From: an uncultured Actinomycetes bacterium
GTDB lineage: Bacteria > Actinomycetota > UBA4738 > HRBIN12
Direction of reading: 5' to 3'
Length of the DNA stretch: 64,000 bases
Assembly (NCBI GenBank): GCA_963780015.1
Contig: CAWAAO010000009.1
Location: forward strand, 907 to 64,906
Position numbers and translations under genes: made by a program
Part shown: positions 18,250-28,464 of the stretch, piece after piece
How the letters are laid out: the number at the start of each line of letters is the position of its first letter
Position numbering within the stretch: the stretch's first letter is position 1
The notes under the pieces: generated by a model
What the model saw: only the letters and a program-made list of their open reading frames with translations
The model's database searches: none
What the model was told of the DNA's origin: nothing

Positions 18250-19358
18250 TGCGCGTCGCGATCGCCTGTCCCTACGCCTGGGACGACCCCGGCGGCGTCC
18301 AGGTCCACGTGCGCGAACTCGCGGAGCACCTGCGGCGGCGCGACCACGAGGTCCTCGTCCTGGCCCCGACGCGCACCCCGCCGTCGCAGCCGTGGGTGGC
18401 GTCGGTGGGCCGGCCCATCGACATCCCGTACAACGATTCGAACGCGCCGATCGATCCGCGCCCGTGGTCGCGGCGCGTCGTGCGCCACGAGCTGGCCACG
18501 TTCGGCCCCGACGTGGTCCACGCCCACCAACCGACCGCGCCGTCCACGGGGCTGTGGGCCACGCTCGAGTCGCGCGTGCCGGTCGTGGGCACGTTCCATT
18601 CGGGGGCGACGCGCGCGCGGCTCTACGACCTGGCCGCGCCCGTCCTGCGTCGGGCCGCCCGGCGTCTGGCGGTCCGGATCGCCGTGTCCGAGCGCGCCGC
18701 CGCGTTCGAACGCGCCCATATCGGCGGCGCGTTCCGGGTGGTGCCCAACGGGGTCGACACCGAACGGTTCGCGGCCGCGGCGCCGGCCGACCTCGGCCCC
18801 GGGCGGAAGCTCCTGTTCGTCGGGCGGCTGGACGAGCGCAAGGGCTTCCCCGTCGCCGTCGGGGCCTTCGCGGAGCTCGCCGAGACGCGGCCGGACCTGC
18901 ACCTGGTGGTCGTCGGCGACGGGCCCGAGCGCACGGCGCTGGACACGCTCCCCACGGCGCTGCGCGCCCGCGTCACGATGCTCGGGCGCGTGCCGAACGT
19001 CGAGCTCCCACCGATCCACGCGGCGTGCGACCTGTACCTGGGGCCCTCGATCGGTGGCGAGTCCTTCGGGATCGTGGTGATCGAGGCGATGGCCGCGGGG
19101 CTGCCGGTGGTGGTGAGCGACACGCCCGGCTACGACGAGGTCGTGACCGATGCGGTCGATGGCCTGTTGGTCCCGCCTCGCGACGTGGGAGCCCTCGCGG
19201 GCGCGGCCGGCCGCGTGCTCGATGACCCCGACCTGGCCGCCCGCCTCGCGGCGGCCGGCCGCGCCCGCGCCGCCGCCTTCGACTGGTCCGTCGTGATCGA
19301 GCAGATCGAGGCCTGCTACCGCGAGGCGCTGGACATCGGCGCCCCCCCGCTACGATAG
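18249..19358 (+). CDS. pimA: GT4 glycosyltransferase, phosphatidylinositol alpha-mannosyltransferase
   Basis: MRVAIACPYAWDDPGGVQVHVRELAEHL..., ...FVGRLDERKG..., E-x7-E region GESFGIVVIEAMAAGLPVV. Conserved pgsA-acyltransferase-pimA order. Confidence 0.85.
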   Translation: MRVAIACPYAWDDPGGVQVHVRELAEHLRRRDHEVLVLAPTRTPPSQPWVASVGRPIDIPYNDSNAPIDPRPWSRRVVRHELATFGPDVVHAHQPTAPSTGLWATLESRVPVVGTFHSGATRARLYDLAAPVLRRAARRLAVRIAVSERAAAFERAHIGGAFRVVPNGVDTERFAAAAPADLGPGRKLLFVGRLDERKGFPVAVGAFAELAETRPDLHLVVVGDGPERTALDTLPTALRARVTMLGRVPNVELPPIHAACDLYLGPSIGGESFGIVVIEAMAAGLPVVVSDTPGYDEVVTDAVDGLLVPPRDVGALAGAAGRVLDDPDLAARLAAAGRARAAAFDWSVVIEQIEACYREALDIGAPPLR

Positions 19359-19362
19359 GGCC

Positions 19363-19926
19363 ATGTCCCCGGCCCTCTGGATCGTGCTCGGCCTCGTCGT
19401 CGTGATCGTCGGCTGGCTGATCTGGGCGTTCAACCGCCTGGTGAAGTACCGCAACCGCGCCGACGAGGGCTGGTCGCAGATCGACGTCCAGCTACGCCGA
19501 CGCTACGACCTGATCCCCAACCTCGTGTCGGCGGTGCAGGGCTACGCGGCGCACGAGCGCGAGACGTTCGAGAGCGTGACGAAGGCGCGTGCCCAGGCCG
19601 AGGGCGCGACCGGCGTCGCGGGACAGGCCGACGCCGAGAACGCCGTGACCACGGGGCTTCGCCAGTTGCTCGCCGTGGCCGAGAACTATCCCGACCTCAA
19701 GGCCAACGCGAACTTCCTCGCGCTCCAGGAGGAGCTGACCGGCACCGAGTCGAAGATCGCCTACGCCCGGCAGTACTACAACGACCAGGTGCGCCTGCTG
19801 AATACGGCGATCCAGTCGTTCCCCTCGAGCATCCTCGCGTCGATGTTCCACTTCACCGCCCGAGAGTTCTTCGACATCGAGGATGCGGCGCGCGGGCCGG
19901 TGCAGGTCACCTTCGAGGGGTCATAG
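19363..19926 (+). CDS. lemA: LemA family protein
   Basis: N-terminal TM, then ...YRNRADEGWSQIDVQLRRRYDLIPNLV...AENYPDLKANANFLALQEEL...YARQYYN... Confidence 0.9.
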   Translation: MSPALWIVLGLVVVIVGWLIWAFNRLVKYRNRADEGWSQIDVQLRRRYDLIPNLVSAVQGYAAHERETFESVTKARAQAEGATGVAGQADAENAVTTGLRQLLAVAENYPDLKANANFLALQEELTGTESKIAYARQYYNDQVRLLNTAIQSFPSSILASMFHFTAREFFDIEDAARGPVQVTFEGS

Positions 19927-19929
19927 ACG

Positions 19930-20845
19930 GTGCACGAACAGATCGCGCGGAACAAGCGCAAGACCTTCCTGCTGCTCGCGTTGGCGGTGTTGTTCACCGC
20001 GCTGATCGGCTATGTGATCGGCTACTTCTTCTTCTCGGGATCCGTCGGCGTGATCATCGCGGTGATCCTCGCCATCGTGCTGTCGCTCGGCTCCTACTTC
20101 TACGGCGACCGGGCGGTGCTGGCCTCGACCCACGCGCACAAGGTGACGGCGGAGCAGGAACCGCGGTTGCACAACATCGTCGAGGGCATCGCGATCGCCG
20201 CCGGCGTGCCGAAGCCCGAGGTGTACGTCGTGCCCGAGATGGCGCCCAACGCCTTCGCGACCGGTCGCGACCCGCAGCACTCCTCGATCGCCGTCACCCA
20301 GGGCCTGCTCGACACGATGAACCGGGTGGAGTTGGAGGGCGTGATCGGCCACGAGATGTCGCACATCCTGGACCGCGACATCCTGATCGGCACCGTGGTG
20401 GCGACCGTCGTCGGCGCGGCGGTCTTGATGTCGCAGATCTTCATGCGGTCGTGGTTCTGGGGCGGTGGCCGCGGGCGACGCGACTCGAACAGCGGTGGGG
20501 AGGGCGCCGGGGCGCTCACGTTGATCCTGTTCGCCGTCGGCATCGTGCTGCTGATCATCGCGCCGCTGGCGGGCCAGCTGATCAAGCTCTCGGTCAGCCG
20601 CAACCGCGAGTACCTCGCCGACGCGGAAGGTGTCGCGCTCACCCGCTATCCGCCCGGCCTGATCTCGGCGCTGGAGAAGATCGCGGTCGGCGCCACACGC
20701 GATGCGCGGCGCCAACAACGCGACCGCGCACCTGTGGCTCGACCAGCCCTCGCAGGTCCCCGGCGAGCAGACGAGCTCGATGGAGAAGCTGTTCTCGACG
20801 CACCCGCCGATCCAGGAGCGGATCAAGCGTCTCCAGGAGATGTAG
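19930..20845 (+). CDS. htpX: M48 family zinc protease HtpX, with one +1 frame break near 20690
   Basis: GTG start, HEMSH zinc motif, ...NREYLADAEGVALTRYPPGLISALEKI.... The conserved tail ...AMRGANNATAHLWLDQP...LFSTHPPIQERIKRLQEM* is only readable in the +1 frame and ends at TAG 20843-20845. Confidence 0.85.
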
Positions 20846-20928
20846 CCCCGCGCACGATTGCTGCCCCGCAGGTCACCGGCGGTACACTGGCGCTCTACCG
20901 ATAGCGAGCTCCGAGGAGGTCATCCACC

Positions 20929-21810
20929 GTGCAGCGCGAGACCGGGACGTTCACCGTGAAGTCCGGCTTGGCCGAGATGCTCAAGGGCGGCGTCATCATG
21001 GACGTCACCAACGCCGAGCAGGCCAAGATCGCCGAGGACGCCGGCGCGTGCGCCGTGATGGCCCTCGAGCGCGTCCCCGCCGACATCCGCAAGGAAGGCG
21101 GCGTCGCGCGCATGGCCGACCCGACCAAGATCGAGGAGATCAAGGCGGTCGTGTCGATCCCGGTCATGGCGAAGGCGCGCATCGGTCACTTCGTCGAGGC
21201 GCAGATCCTGCAGTCCCTCGGCGTCGACTACATCGATGAGTCCGAGGTGCTGACGCCGGCCGACGAGGCGTTCCACATCGACAAGTGGGCGTTCACCGTG
21301 CCGTTCGTCTGCGGCTGCCGCAACCTCGGCGAGGCGCTGCGACGGATCGCCGAAGGCGCCGCGATGATCCGCACGAAGGGCGAGGCCGGGACCGGCAACG
21401 TCGTGGAGGCCGTGCGGCACGAGCGCCAGCTGCTCACCGACATCGCCGAGTGCACGACGCTGCGTCCCGAGCAGTACGTCGCGAAGGCCAAGGAGCTCGG
21501 CGCGCCGGTCGAGCTCGTCCGGATGGTGGCCGAGCAGGGCCGTCTGCCCGTCGTGAACTTCTCCGCCGGCGGCATCGCGACCCCGGCGGACGCGGCGCTG
21601 ATGATGCAGCTCGGCGTCGACGGCGTGTTCGTGGGCTCCGGCATCTTCAAGTCCGAGGACCCCGCGACCATGGCGCGCGCGATCGTCGAGGCGACCACGC
21701 ACTTCCAGGACCCCGACGTCTTGGCGAAGGTCTCGCGCGGCATCGGTGACCCGATGGCCGGGCTGGAGATCGGCACGCTCGAGACGCGCCTGCAAGACCG
21801 CGGCTGGTAG
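20929..21810 (+). CDS. pdxS: pyridoxal 5'-phosphate synthase lyase subunit
   Basis: GTG start after GAGGAGG. ...[42 protein letters not shown]... is a near-canonical PdxS sequence. Confidence 0.95.
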   Translation: MQRETGTFTVKSGLAEMLKGGVIMDVTNAEQAKIAEDAGACAVMALERVPADIRKEGGVARMADPTKIEEIKAVVSIPVMAKARIGHFVEAQILQSLGVDYIDESEVLTPADEAFHIDKWAFTVPFVCGCRNLGEALRRIAEGAAMIRTKGEAGTGNVVEAVRHERQLLTDIAECTTLRPEQYVAKAKELGAPVELVRMVAEQGRLPVVNFSAGGIATPADAALMMQLGVDGVFVGSGIFKSEDPATMARAIVEATTHFQDPDVLAKVSRGIGDPMAGLEIGTLETRLQDRGW

Positions 21811-21814
21811 CACC

Positions 21815-22372
21815 ATGAAGGCCGGCGTGCTCGCCCTCCAGGGCGACTTCCGGGAGCACGCACGCGTCTTCGCGGACGCGGGCGCGACACCGATCGAGGT
21901 CCGCACCGCCGAGCAGCTCGCCCAGGTCGACTGTCTGGCGATCCCCGGCGGCGAGTCGACGACGATCGCGAAGCTCGCCCACGCCTACGACCTCGTCGAG
22001 CCGCTGCGTGCGCGCGCCGCCGAGGGCATGCCGGTCCTCGGCACCTGCGCGGGCATGATCGTGCTCGCGACCGAGGTGCTCGGCGGCGAGCCGTTGTTCG
22101 CGCTGATGGACATCACCGTGCGCCGCAACGCCTACGGTCGGCAGGTCGACTCCTTCGAGGCCGACATCGATGTGCGCGGCGTCGATCACGCCGTCCGCGG
22201 CGTCTTCATCCGCGCCCCGTGGATCGAGCGGGTCGGCGCCGATGTCGAGGTGCTCGCGACGTTCGAGGACCGGCCCGTCGTCCTCGAGCAGGGGACCCTC
22301 GTTGTGGCATCCTTCCACCCGGAGCTCGTGGGCGAGACCGGTCTCCACGAGTATCTGCTGAGGAAGGTGTAG
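21815..22372 (+). CDS. pdxT: pyridoxal 5'-phosphate synthase glutaminase subunit
   Basis: MKAGVLALQGDFREH..., catalytic GTCAGMI, ...ASFHPEL.... Directly after pdxS. Confidence 0.95.
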   Translation: MKAGVLALQGDFREHARVFADAGATPIEVRTAEQLAQVDCLAIPGGESTTIAKLAHAYDLVEPLRARAAEGMPVLGTCAGMIVLATEVLGGEPLFALMDITVRRNAYGRQVDSFEADIDVRGVDHAVRGVFIRAPWIERVGADVEVLATFEDRPVVLEQGTLVVASFHPELVGETGLHEYLLRKV

Positions 22373-22376
22373 CGCG

Positions 22377-23126
<750 letters not shown>

Positions 23127-23174
23127 GCGCGCCGGCCGCTTCCGTCCGACGCATCCCGGGTATACCGTCGAGCC

Positions 23175-24329
23175 GTGCGCATCCGCTGGGCGTTTCTCGC
23201 GATCGTCGTGGTCGTCACCTCGTGTACGTCGACGTCCACGACGAGCACGCCGGCGCCGACGATCGACGGATCACCGGCGCCATCGACGACGACGCCCCCG
23301 GTCGGCACGACCCTGGCCGACGGCTCGGGACTGCCCGAGGGATGTCCGGGGAAGGCGACGACCCGGGAGACGGTCGCGTTCGTCGCCGAAGGTCGCGCCT
23401 GGGCGCTCGATCCCCTGACGGGGGCGCTCGCGTGCCTGTTCGAGGTCGCGGATCCGGGACCCTTCGCGTTCGGCCCGCAGGGCGACCGAACGTTGCTCGC
23501 CGACATGCAGGTGCAGGGCCTGTCGTCGAAGGCGCCGACCTGGCCGCCGAAGGGGCAGACCCCGGGCGTGTTCGACTGGGGCCACCCGCTCGGGCTCGCG
23601 ATCGTCTACGCGAACGGAGCGGACACCCCGCTGAAGCGCTTCATGGACGACGGGAAGGTCGAGCGCCTCTCGACGCTGCCCACCGGGACCTACCAGGCGA
23701 TCGCGTATCACCCGAGCGGCCTGGCGCTCGGCTTCATCGTCAACGAGGGGGAGCGCCAGGGCATCTGGCTCTCCGACAACGAGGGGAAGGACCCCGTGCG
23801 GCTCGTCTTCTCGAAGCCGGACACGGTGTTCTCCTCGCTCGCCTTCAGCCCCGACGGCACACAGATCTGGTGGATCGCGCAGCACGCCGGCGCGATCTCG
23901 GAGATCCACTGGATGGATCTGGCCGATCGGACCGGGTTCGAGACGATCCTGACCCGCGGGCTCGCGCCGACCGCGCACGGGTTGCTGCTGGCGCCCTCGG
24001 GCCCGCTGATCGCCGCGACCCAAGGGACGGGGTGTGCCGACCAGCAGGCGATGATCGTCGACGCCGACGGCGCGCGCCCCGCGATCCCGGGTGGTGCGCA
24101 ACCCACGCAGGCGCTCGGATGGCTCGACGCCTCGACGCTGCTGGTGTCGGCTGGGGGTTGCGACGAGCCGGCGCAGCTGTTCGCGGTCGGCGCCCACGGG
24201 CAACACGCCGTGCTGCTGGTCGACGGGGTCGATATCGGGGCGCCGCGGACCGTGCTGCGCGATGCCCCGACCGAGGTGCCCGCGCCGCCGAACGAGGCGC
24301 CGCCGGCTCCGCCCGGCGGGGTGGGGTGA
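23175..24329 (+). CDS. putative lipoprotein with TolB-like (PD40) beta-propeller repeats
   Basis: Signal peptide plus lipobox (IVVVVTSC), a Thr/Pro-rich linker, and repeats such as AFSPDGTQIWW. Confidence 0.6.
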   Translation: MRIRWAFLAIVVVVTSCTSTSTTSTPAPTIDGSPAPSTTTPPVGTTLADGSGLPEGCPGKATTRETVAFVAEGRAWALDPLTGALACLFEVADPGPFAFGPQGDRTLLADMQVQGLSSKAPTWPPKGQTPGVFDWGHPLGLAIVYANGADTPLKRFMDDGKVERLSTLPTGTYQAIAYHPSGLALGFIVNEGERQGIWLSDNEGKDPVRLVFSKPDTVFSSLAFSPDGTQIWWIAQHAGAISEIHWMDLADRTGFETILTRGLAPTAHGLLLAPSGPLIAATQGTGCADQQAMIVDADGARPAIPGGAQPTQALGWLDASTLLVSAGGCDEPAQLFAVGAHGQHAVLLVDGVDIGAPRTVLRDAPTEVPAPPNEAPPAPPGGVG

Positions 24330-24382
24330 TAGCGCCGATCGACGGCGGCCGGTCGGCCGCCACAGTCGGGAAGGCTCCGTAG

Positions 24383-25091
24383 ATGTTCGATCGGAGCGCG
24401 CATCTCTACGACCTGATCTACGGGTTCAAGGACTACGAGCAGGAGGCCCGCGACCTGGTGACGGTCGTCCGTGAGCGGAACCCCGAGGCATCGTCGCTCC
24501 TCGACGTCGCCTGCGGCACCGGGCGAGCACCTCCGCTTGGTGCGGCCGGCGTTCGCGCACGTGGAAGGCGTCGACGTGGAGCCGGACATGCTGGCCGTCG
24601 CGCGCGCCAAGCTCCCCGATGTCGTGTTCACCGACGCCGACATGCGCACGTTCGACCTCGGGCGGACCTTCGACGCCGTGACGTGCCTCTTCTCCTCGGT
24701 CGGTTACATGGCCGACGTCGCGGAGCTGCGCGCCGCGGTCGCGAGGATGGCGGCGCATCTCGCGCCCGGCGGCGTCCTGGTGATCGACGGCTGGATCCGT
24801 CCCGACGCCTGGCGCCCGCGCGGCAGCGTGATGGCCCAGAGCGAGACCGACGAGGAGACGGCGGTCGCCCGCGTCGTGCGGAGTCGACGGGAAGGGGATC
24901 GGACCCATCTCGAGATGCGGTACCTGGTGGCGACCCGCGACGGTTTCGACACGATCGAGGAGACCCACGTCCTCACCCTGTTCGGCGACGAGGACTACCG
25001 ATCCGCGTTCGAGGTGGCCGGCCTCGATCCCCAGGTCATCCCCGGACCGATGGGACCCGATCGGGACCGGTACCTTGCGGTCCGCGCCTAG
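24383..25091 (+). CDS. TylM1/DesVI-like SAM-dependent (sugar N,N-di)methyltransferase homologue, one +1 frame break at about 24521-24524
   Basis: ...HLYDLIYGFKDYEQEARDLV...SLLDVACGTG | EHLRLVRPAFAHVEGVDVEPDMLAVA...DMRTFDLGRTFDAVTCLFSSVGY...HLAPGGVLVIDGW... is collinear with TylM1 as I recall it. The two halves lie in ORFs 24383.. and 24471..25091. Confidence 0.75.
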
Positions 25092-25134
25092 GTCGTTGCC
25101 CGCAGGAACCCCCGCGCTAGACTCCAGCGAACAG

Positions 25135-25647
25135 ATGTTCGATGCGTGTGTACTCGGTGTGGACCCCGGTGTGGCCCGGTTGGGCCTCGCCATCCTCGCC
25201 CAGCACGACCGGAAGGTCACCTTGGTGTGGAGCGGCACGGTCCAGACCGACAGCGATCTCGACGAGGCCGCGCGTCTGTGCGCCCTGGCCGACGGCGCAC
25301 GGTCCGCGATCGACGAGCACCGACCGACCGCCGTCGCGATCGAACGCGTGGCATGGAGCCGCAATCAGGTCAGCGCGCTGCACGTCGCCCGCGCGACCGG
25401 CGCGATCATGCTGATCGCGGCCCAGGCCGGTTTGCTCGTGGAGGAATACGCGCCCAACGAGGTCAAGCAGGCCATCACCGGCATGGGCAACGCCGACAAG
25501 CGCCAGGTGCAGGACGCGCTCGCGCGGATCCACGGACTCCGTGACGTGCCGTCCCAGCCCGATGCCGCCGACGCGGTGGCCGTCGGGTTGACCCATCTGC
25601 TCGCTTCGCGCATGCGGGGCATCGCGGCGCGGGCGGGCGTCCGATGA
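25135..25647 (+). CDS. ruvC: crossover junction endodeoxyribonuclease RuvC
   Basis: From ATG 25135: MFDACVLGVDPGVARLGLAIL...VAIERV...ADAVAVGLTH. Confidence 0.9.
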   Translation: MFDACVLGVDPGVARLGLAILAQHDRKVTLVWSGTVQTDSDLDEAARLCALADGARSAIDEHRPTAVAIERVAWSRNQVSALHVARATGAIMLIAAQAGLLVEEYAPNEVKQAITGMGNADKRQVQDALARIHGLRDVPSQPDAADAVAVGLTHLLASRMRGIAARAGVR

Positions 25648-26213
25648 TCGCGTTCCTCGACGGGGAACTCCTCGAGAAGAACGTCGGCCGTGTCGTGCTC
25701 AACGTCGGTGGCGTGGGCTACGAGCTTGCGGTGCCGACGTCGGTGCTCGCCGGTCTCCCGGGGGTGGGCGAGCGCGCCCGGTTGCACACGCGCATGGTCG
25801 TGCGCGAGGACTCGATGACGCTCTACGGGTTCGCCTCAACCGACGAACGCGAGCTGTTCGACCTTCTCACCGGGGTGACCGGCGTCGGGCCGAAGGTCGG
25901 GCTCGCGTTCCTGTCGGCTCTGCAGCCCGACGCGCTGCGACGCGCGGTCGTGGCCGGCGACGCCGACACCCTCACCGTTGTGCCGGGCGTCGGCAAGAAG
26001 GTCGCGCAGCGCGTCGTGCTCGATCTGCGCGACAAGCTCGGCGGGGAGGGAGCGGACGTGATCTCGATCGGGCCGCTGGCCGATGTCCGTGAGGCGCTGC
26101 TCGCGCTGGGGCTCACGTCGGCCGAGGCCGCGCAGGTCATGGCCGGGATCGATCCCGAGGGCAAGGCGCCCGACGATCTCCTTCGCGAGGCGCTGCAGAA
26201 GGTGGGACGATGA
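25644..26213 (+). CDS. ruvA: Holliday junction branch migration protein RuvA
   Basis: [28 protein letters not shown]...LYGF...[21 protein letters not shown]... Confidence 0.95.
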   Translation: MIAFLDGELLEKNVGRVVLNVGGVGYELAVPTSVLAGLPGVGERARLHTRMVVREDSMTLYGFASTDERELFDLLTGVTGVGPKVGLAFLSALQPDALRRAVVAGDADTLTVVPGVGKKVAQRVVLDLRDKLGGEGADVISIGPLADVREALLALGLTSAEAAQVMAGIDPEGKAPDDLLREALQKVGR

Positions 26214-27262
26214 CCGTCATGCCGGGAACCGACGTGCCCAGCGACCCCTTCGACGAGCGCCTGATCGAGGCCGACGCGCTGAGCCCGGAGGACCGAGAGT
26301 TCGACGTGGCGCTGCGCCCCCGCACCCTCGACGACTTCGTGGGGCAGGACCGGGTGAAGGAACAGCTGAAGGTGCTTCTCAAAGGCGCGAGCCAGCGCAA
26401 CGACCCGGTCGATCATCTCCTGTTCAGCGGGCCGCCCGGGCTCGGCAAGACCACCCTCGCCCAGATCGTCGCGATCGAGATGGGGGCGGGCTTCCAACCG
26501 ACCAGCGGCCCCGCGCTGGAGCGCCCCTCCGACCTCGCGGCGATCCTGACCAACCTCGGCGACGGCGACGTGCTGTTCGTCGACGAGATCCACCGCATGC
26601 CCCGTGCCGTCGAGGAGGTCCTGTACCCGGCGCTCGAGGACTACAGCCTCGACGTGGTGCTCGGCAAAGGCCCGACCGCCCGTTCGATCCGGTTGGACCT
26701 GCCCCGGTTCACGCTGATCGCCGCGACCACGCGACCGGGGCGCATCACGCTGCCCCTGCGAGAGCGATTCGGGTTCAGCCCGAGGCTCGACTACTACGGC
26801 GCCGAGGACCTCACCCGCATCGTGTTGCGCAGCGCCGGCATCCTGGGGGTCGTGACGGCCGAGGAGGGTGCCGAGGAGATCGCCCGCCGCTCGCGCGGCA
26901 CCCCGCGCATCGCGAACCGGCTGCTGCGCCGGGTGCGCGACGTTGCCGAGGTCCGCCACGACGGGGCGATCACCGCCGATATCGCCCGGGCCGGGCTGGC
27001 GATGTTCGAGGTCGACGAGCAGGGGCTCGACCGTCTCGATCACGCGATCCTGCGGGCGATCATCGAGCGGTTCTCCGGGGGTCCGGTCGGTCTCTCGACC
27101 CTGGCCGCGGCCGTCGGGGAGGAGCCGGACACCGTCGAGGACGTGGTCGAGCCGTACCTCCTGCAGCTGGGGTTCTTGCAGCGCACACCGCGCGGACGGG
27201 TGGCGACCCCGCGCGCCTACGCCCACCTGGGGGTCACCGCCCCCGGCCAACTTCCCCTGTAA
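26210..27262 (+). CDS. ruvB: Holliday junction DNA helicase RuvB
   Basis: [12 protein letters not shown]..., Walker [10 protein letters not shown], Walker B LFVDEIHR, ...[16 protein letters not shown]... Confidence 0.95.
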   Translation: MTVMPGTDVPSDPFDERLIEADALSPEDREFDVALRPRTLDDFVGQDRVKEQLKVLLKGASQRNDPVDHLLFSGPPGLGKTTLAQIVAIEMGAGFQPTSGPALERPSDLAAILTNLGDGDVLFVDEIHRMPRAVEEVLYPALEDYSLDVVLGKGPTARSIRLDLPRFTLIAATTRPGRITLPLRERFGFSPRLDYYGAEDLTRIVLRSAGILGVVTAEEGAEEIARRSRGTPRIANRLLRRVRDVAEVRHDGAITADIARAGLAMFEVDEQGLDRLDHAILRAIIERFSGGPVGLSTLAAAVGEEPDTVEDVVEPYLLQLGFLQRTPRGRVATPRAYAHLGVTAPGQLPL

Positions 27263-27346
27263 CCGCGGCGTTCCCGCAGGTAGGATGGGGTCTCGCGCCC
27301 GTCGGGGCGCCTCGTTCGTTCGACCCGGAAGGAACCTCGATGATCC

Positions 27347-27724
27347 TTGCCCAAACATCCTCGCGGCGGCGGCAGCCCGCTGCTGCTGCTGATGCTGGCG
27401 ATGCCCGTCGTCCTGTGGCTGATGATGCGCTCGCAGAAGAAGAAGGTGGCTGCGCAGCAGGCACAGCAGCGCAGCGCCGAGATCGGCGACGAGATCATGA
27501 CGACGGCCGGCATCTTCGGCACGATCGTCGATGAGGACGAGGACGAGGGCACCGTGATCGTCGAGATCGCTCCCGGCACCCGGATCAAGATGATCCGTGC
27601 CGGCATCGCACGTCGCGTCGAGGACGACGCCGAGTACGAGGAGGACGTCGAGGAGGACGAGGAGCCCGACGAGGCCCCCGCCGTCGATCTCGACGACAAC
27701 GCCGAGGGCCCGTTCCGGTCGTGA
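27347..27724 (+). CDS. yajC: preprotein translocase subunit YajC
   Basis: ...PLLLLMLAMPVVLWLMMRSQKKK...IGDEIMTTAGIFGTIVDEDEDEGTVIVEIAPG... plus an acidic tail. The track start is TTG 27347. A better-placed ATG at 27340 (GGAAGGA RBS 7 nt upstream) is in the neighbouring frame, so a further +1 break near 27360 is possible. Confidence 0.85.
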   Translation: MPKHPRGGGSPLLLLMLAMPVVLWLMMRSQKKKVAAQQAQQRSAEIGDEIMTTAGIFGTIVDEDEDEGTVIVEIAPGTRIKMIRAGIARRVEDDAEYEEDVEEDEEPDEAPAVDLDDNAEGPFRS

Positions 27725-28464
27725 GCGACGAAGCGATCGGCACGCCGAGCGGCGCGCCGGTGCCCGAGGTGCCGCCCGTGGAGCCGGCGACCGCCGTCGC
27801 GACCGTCACGCTGGCCGATGTCCAGTCCGATCCCGACCTGTCGCTCTACATCGCGTCGGCCGATCGCGTGATGGATGCGATGGGGTACACCGAGCACGGC
27901 TTCCGTCACGCGCATCTGGTGGGCAAGATCGCCTATCAGGTGCTGAATCGGCTCGGATTCTCACAACGGGAAGCGGAGCTCGCGCGCGTCGCCGGCTATC
28001 TGCACGACATGGGCAACGCGCTCTCGCGCGAGGGGCACGCCCAGAGCGGCGCGATGCTCGCCTACCACGTGCTGCGCGAGCGGGTCGACGGAGCCGACCT
28101 GATGACGATCATGGCCGCGATCGCGAACCACGAGGAGGAAGAGGGCACGGCCGTGTCGCCGGTGTCGGCCGCGGTGATCCTTGCGGACAAGGCTGACGTA
28201 CACCGCAGCAGGGTCCGCAAGCCGGCCGAACTCGAATTGGAGCATGACATCCACGATCGTGTGAACTATGCCGTCGAACAGAGTTTCCTGCGGGTAGACT
28301 CCGACGCTCGAACCGTCAGTTTGGAGCTGACGATCGACACCCGGATCAGCCAAGTGATGGAGTACTTCGAGATCTTCCTTGCCAGGATGCAGATGTGCCG
28401 CCACGCCGCCATGGCGATCGATGCGCGCTTCCAACTGTTCGTCAACGGGCAGGAGCTCGCGTGA
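27721..28464 (+). CDS. HD domain-containing phosphohydrolase
   Basis: GTG start overlapping the yajC stop. H...HD signature (GFRHAHLVGK...AGYLHDMGN...). 247 aa, no frame breaks. Confidence 0.75.
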   Translation: MSDEAIGTPSGAPVPEVPPVEPATAVATVTLADVQSDPDLSLYIASADRVMDAMGYTEHGFRHAHLVGKIAYQVLNRLGFSQREAELARVAGYLHDMGNALSREGHAQSGAMLAYHVLRERVDGADLMTIMAAIANHEEEEGTAVSPVSAAVILADKADVHRSRVRKPAELELEHDIHDRVNYAVEQSFLRVDSDARTVSLELTIDTRISQVMEYFEIFLARMQMCRHAAMAIDARFQLFVNGQELA

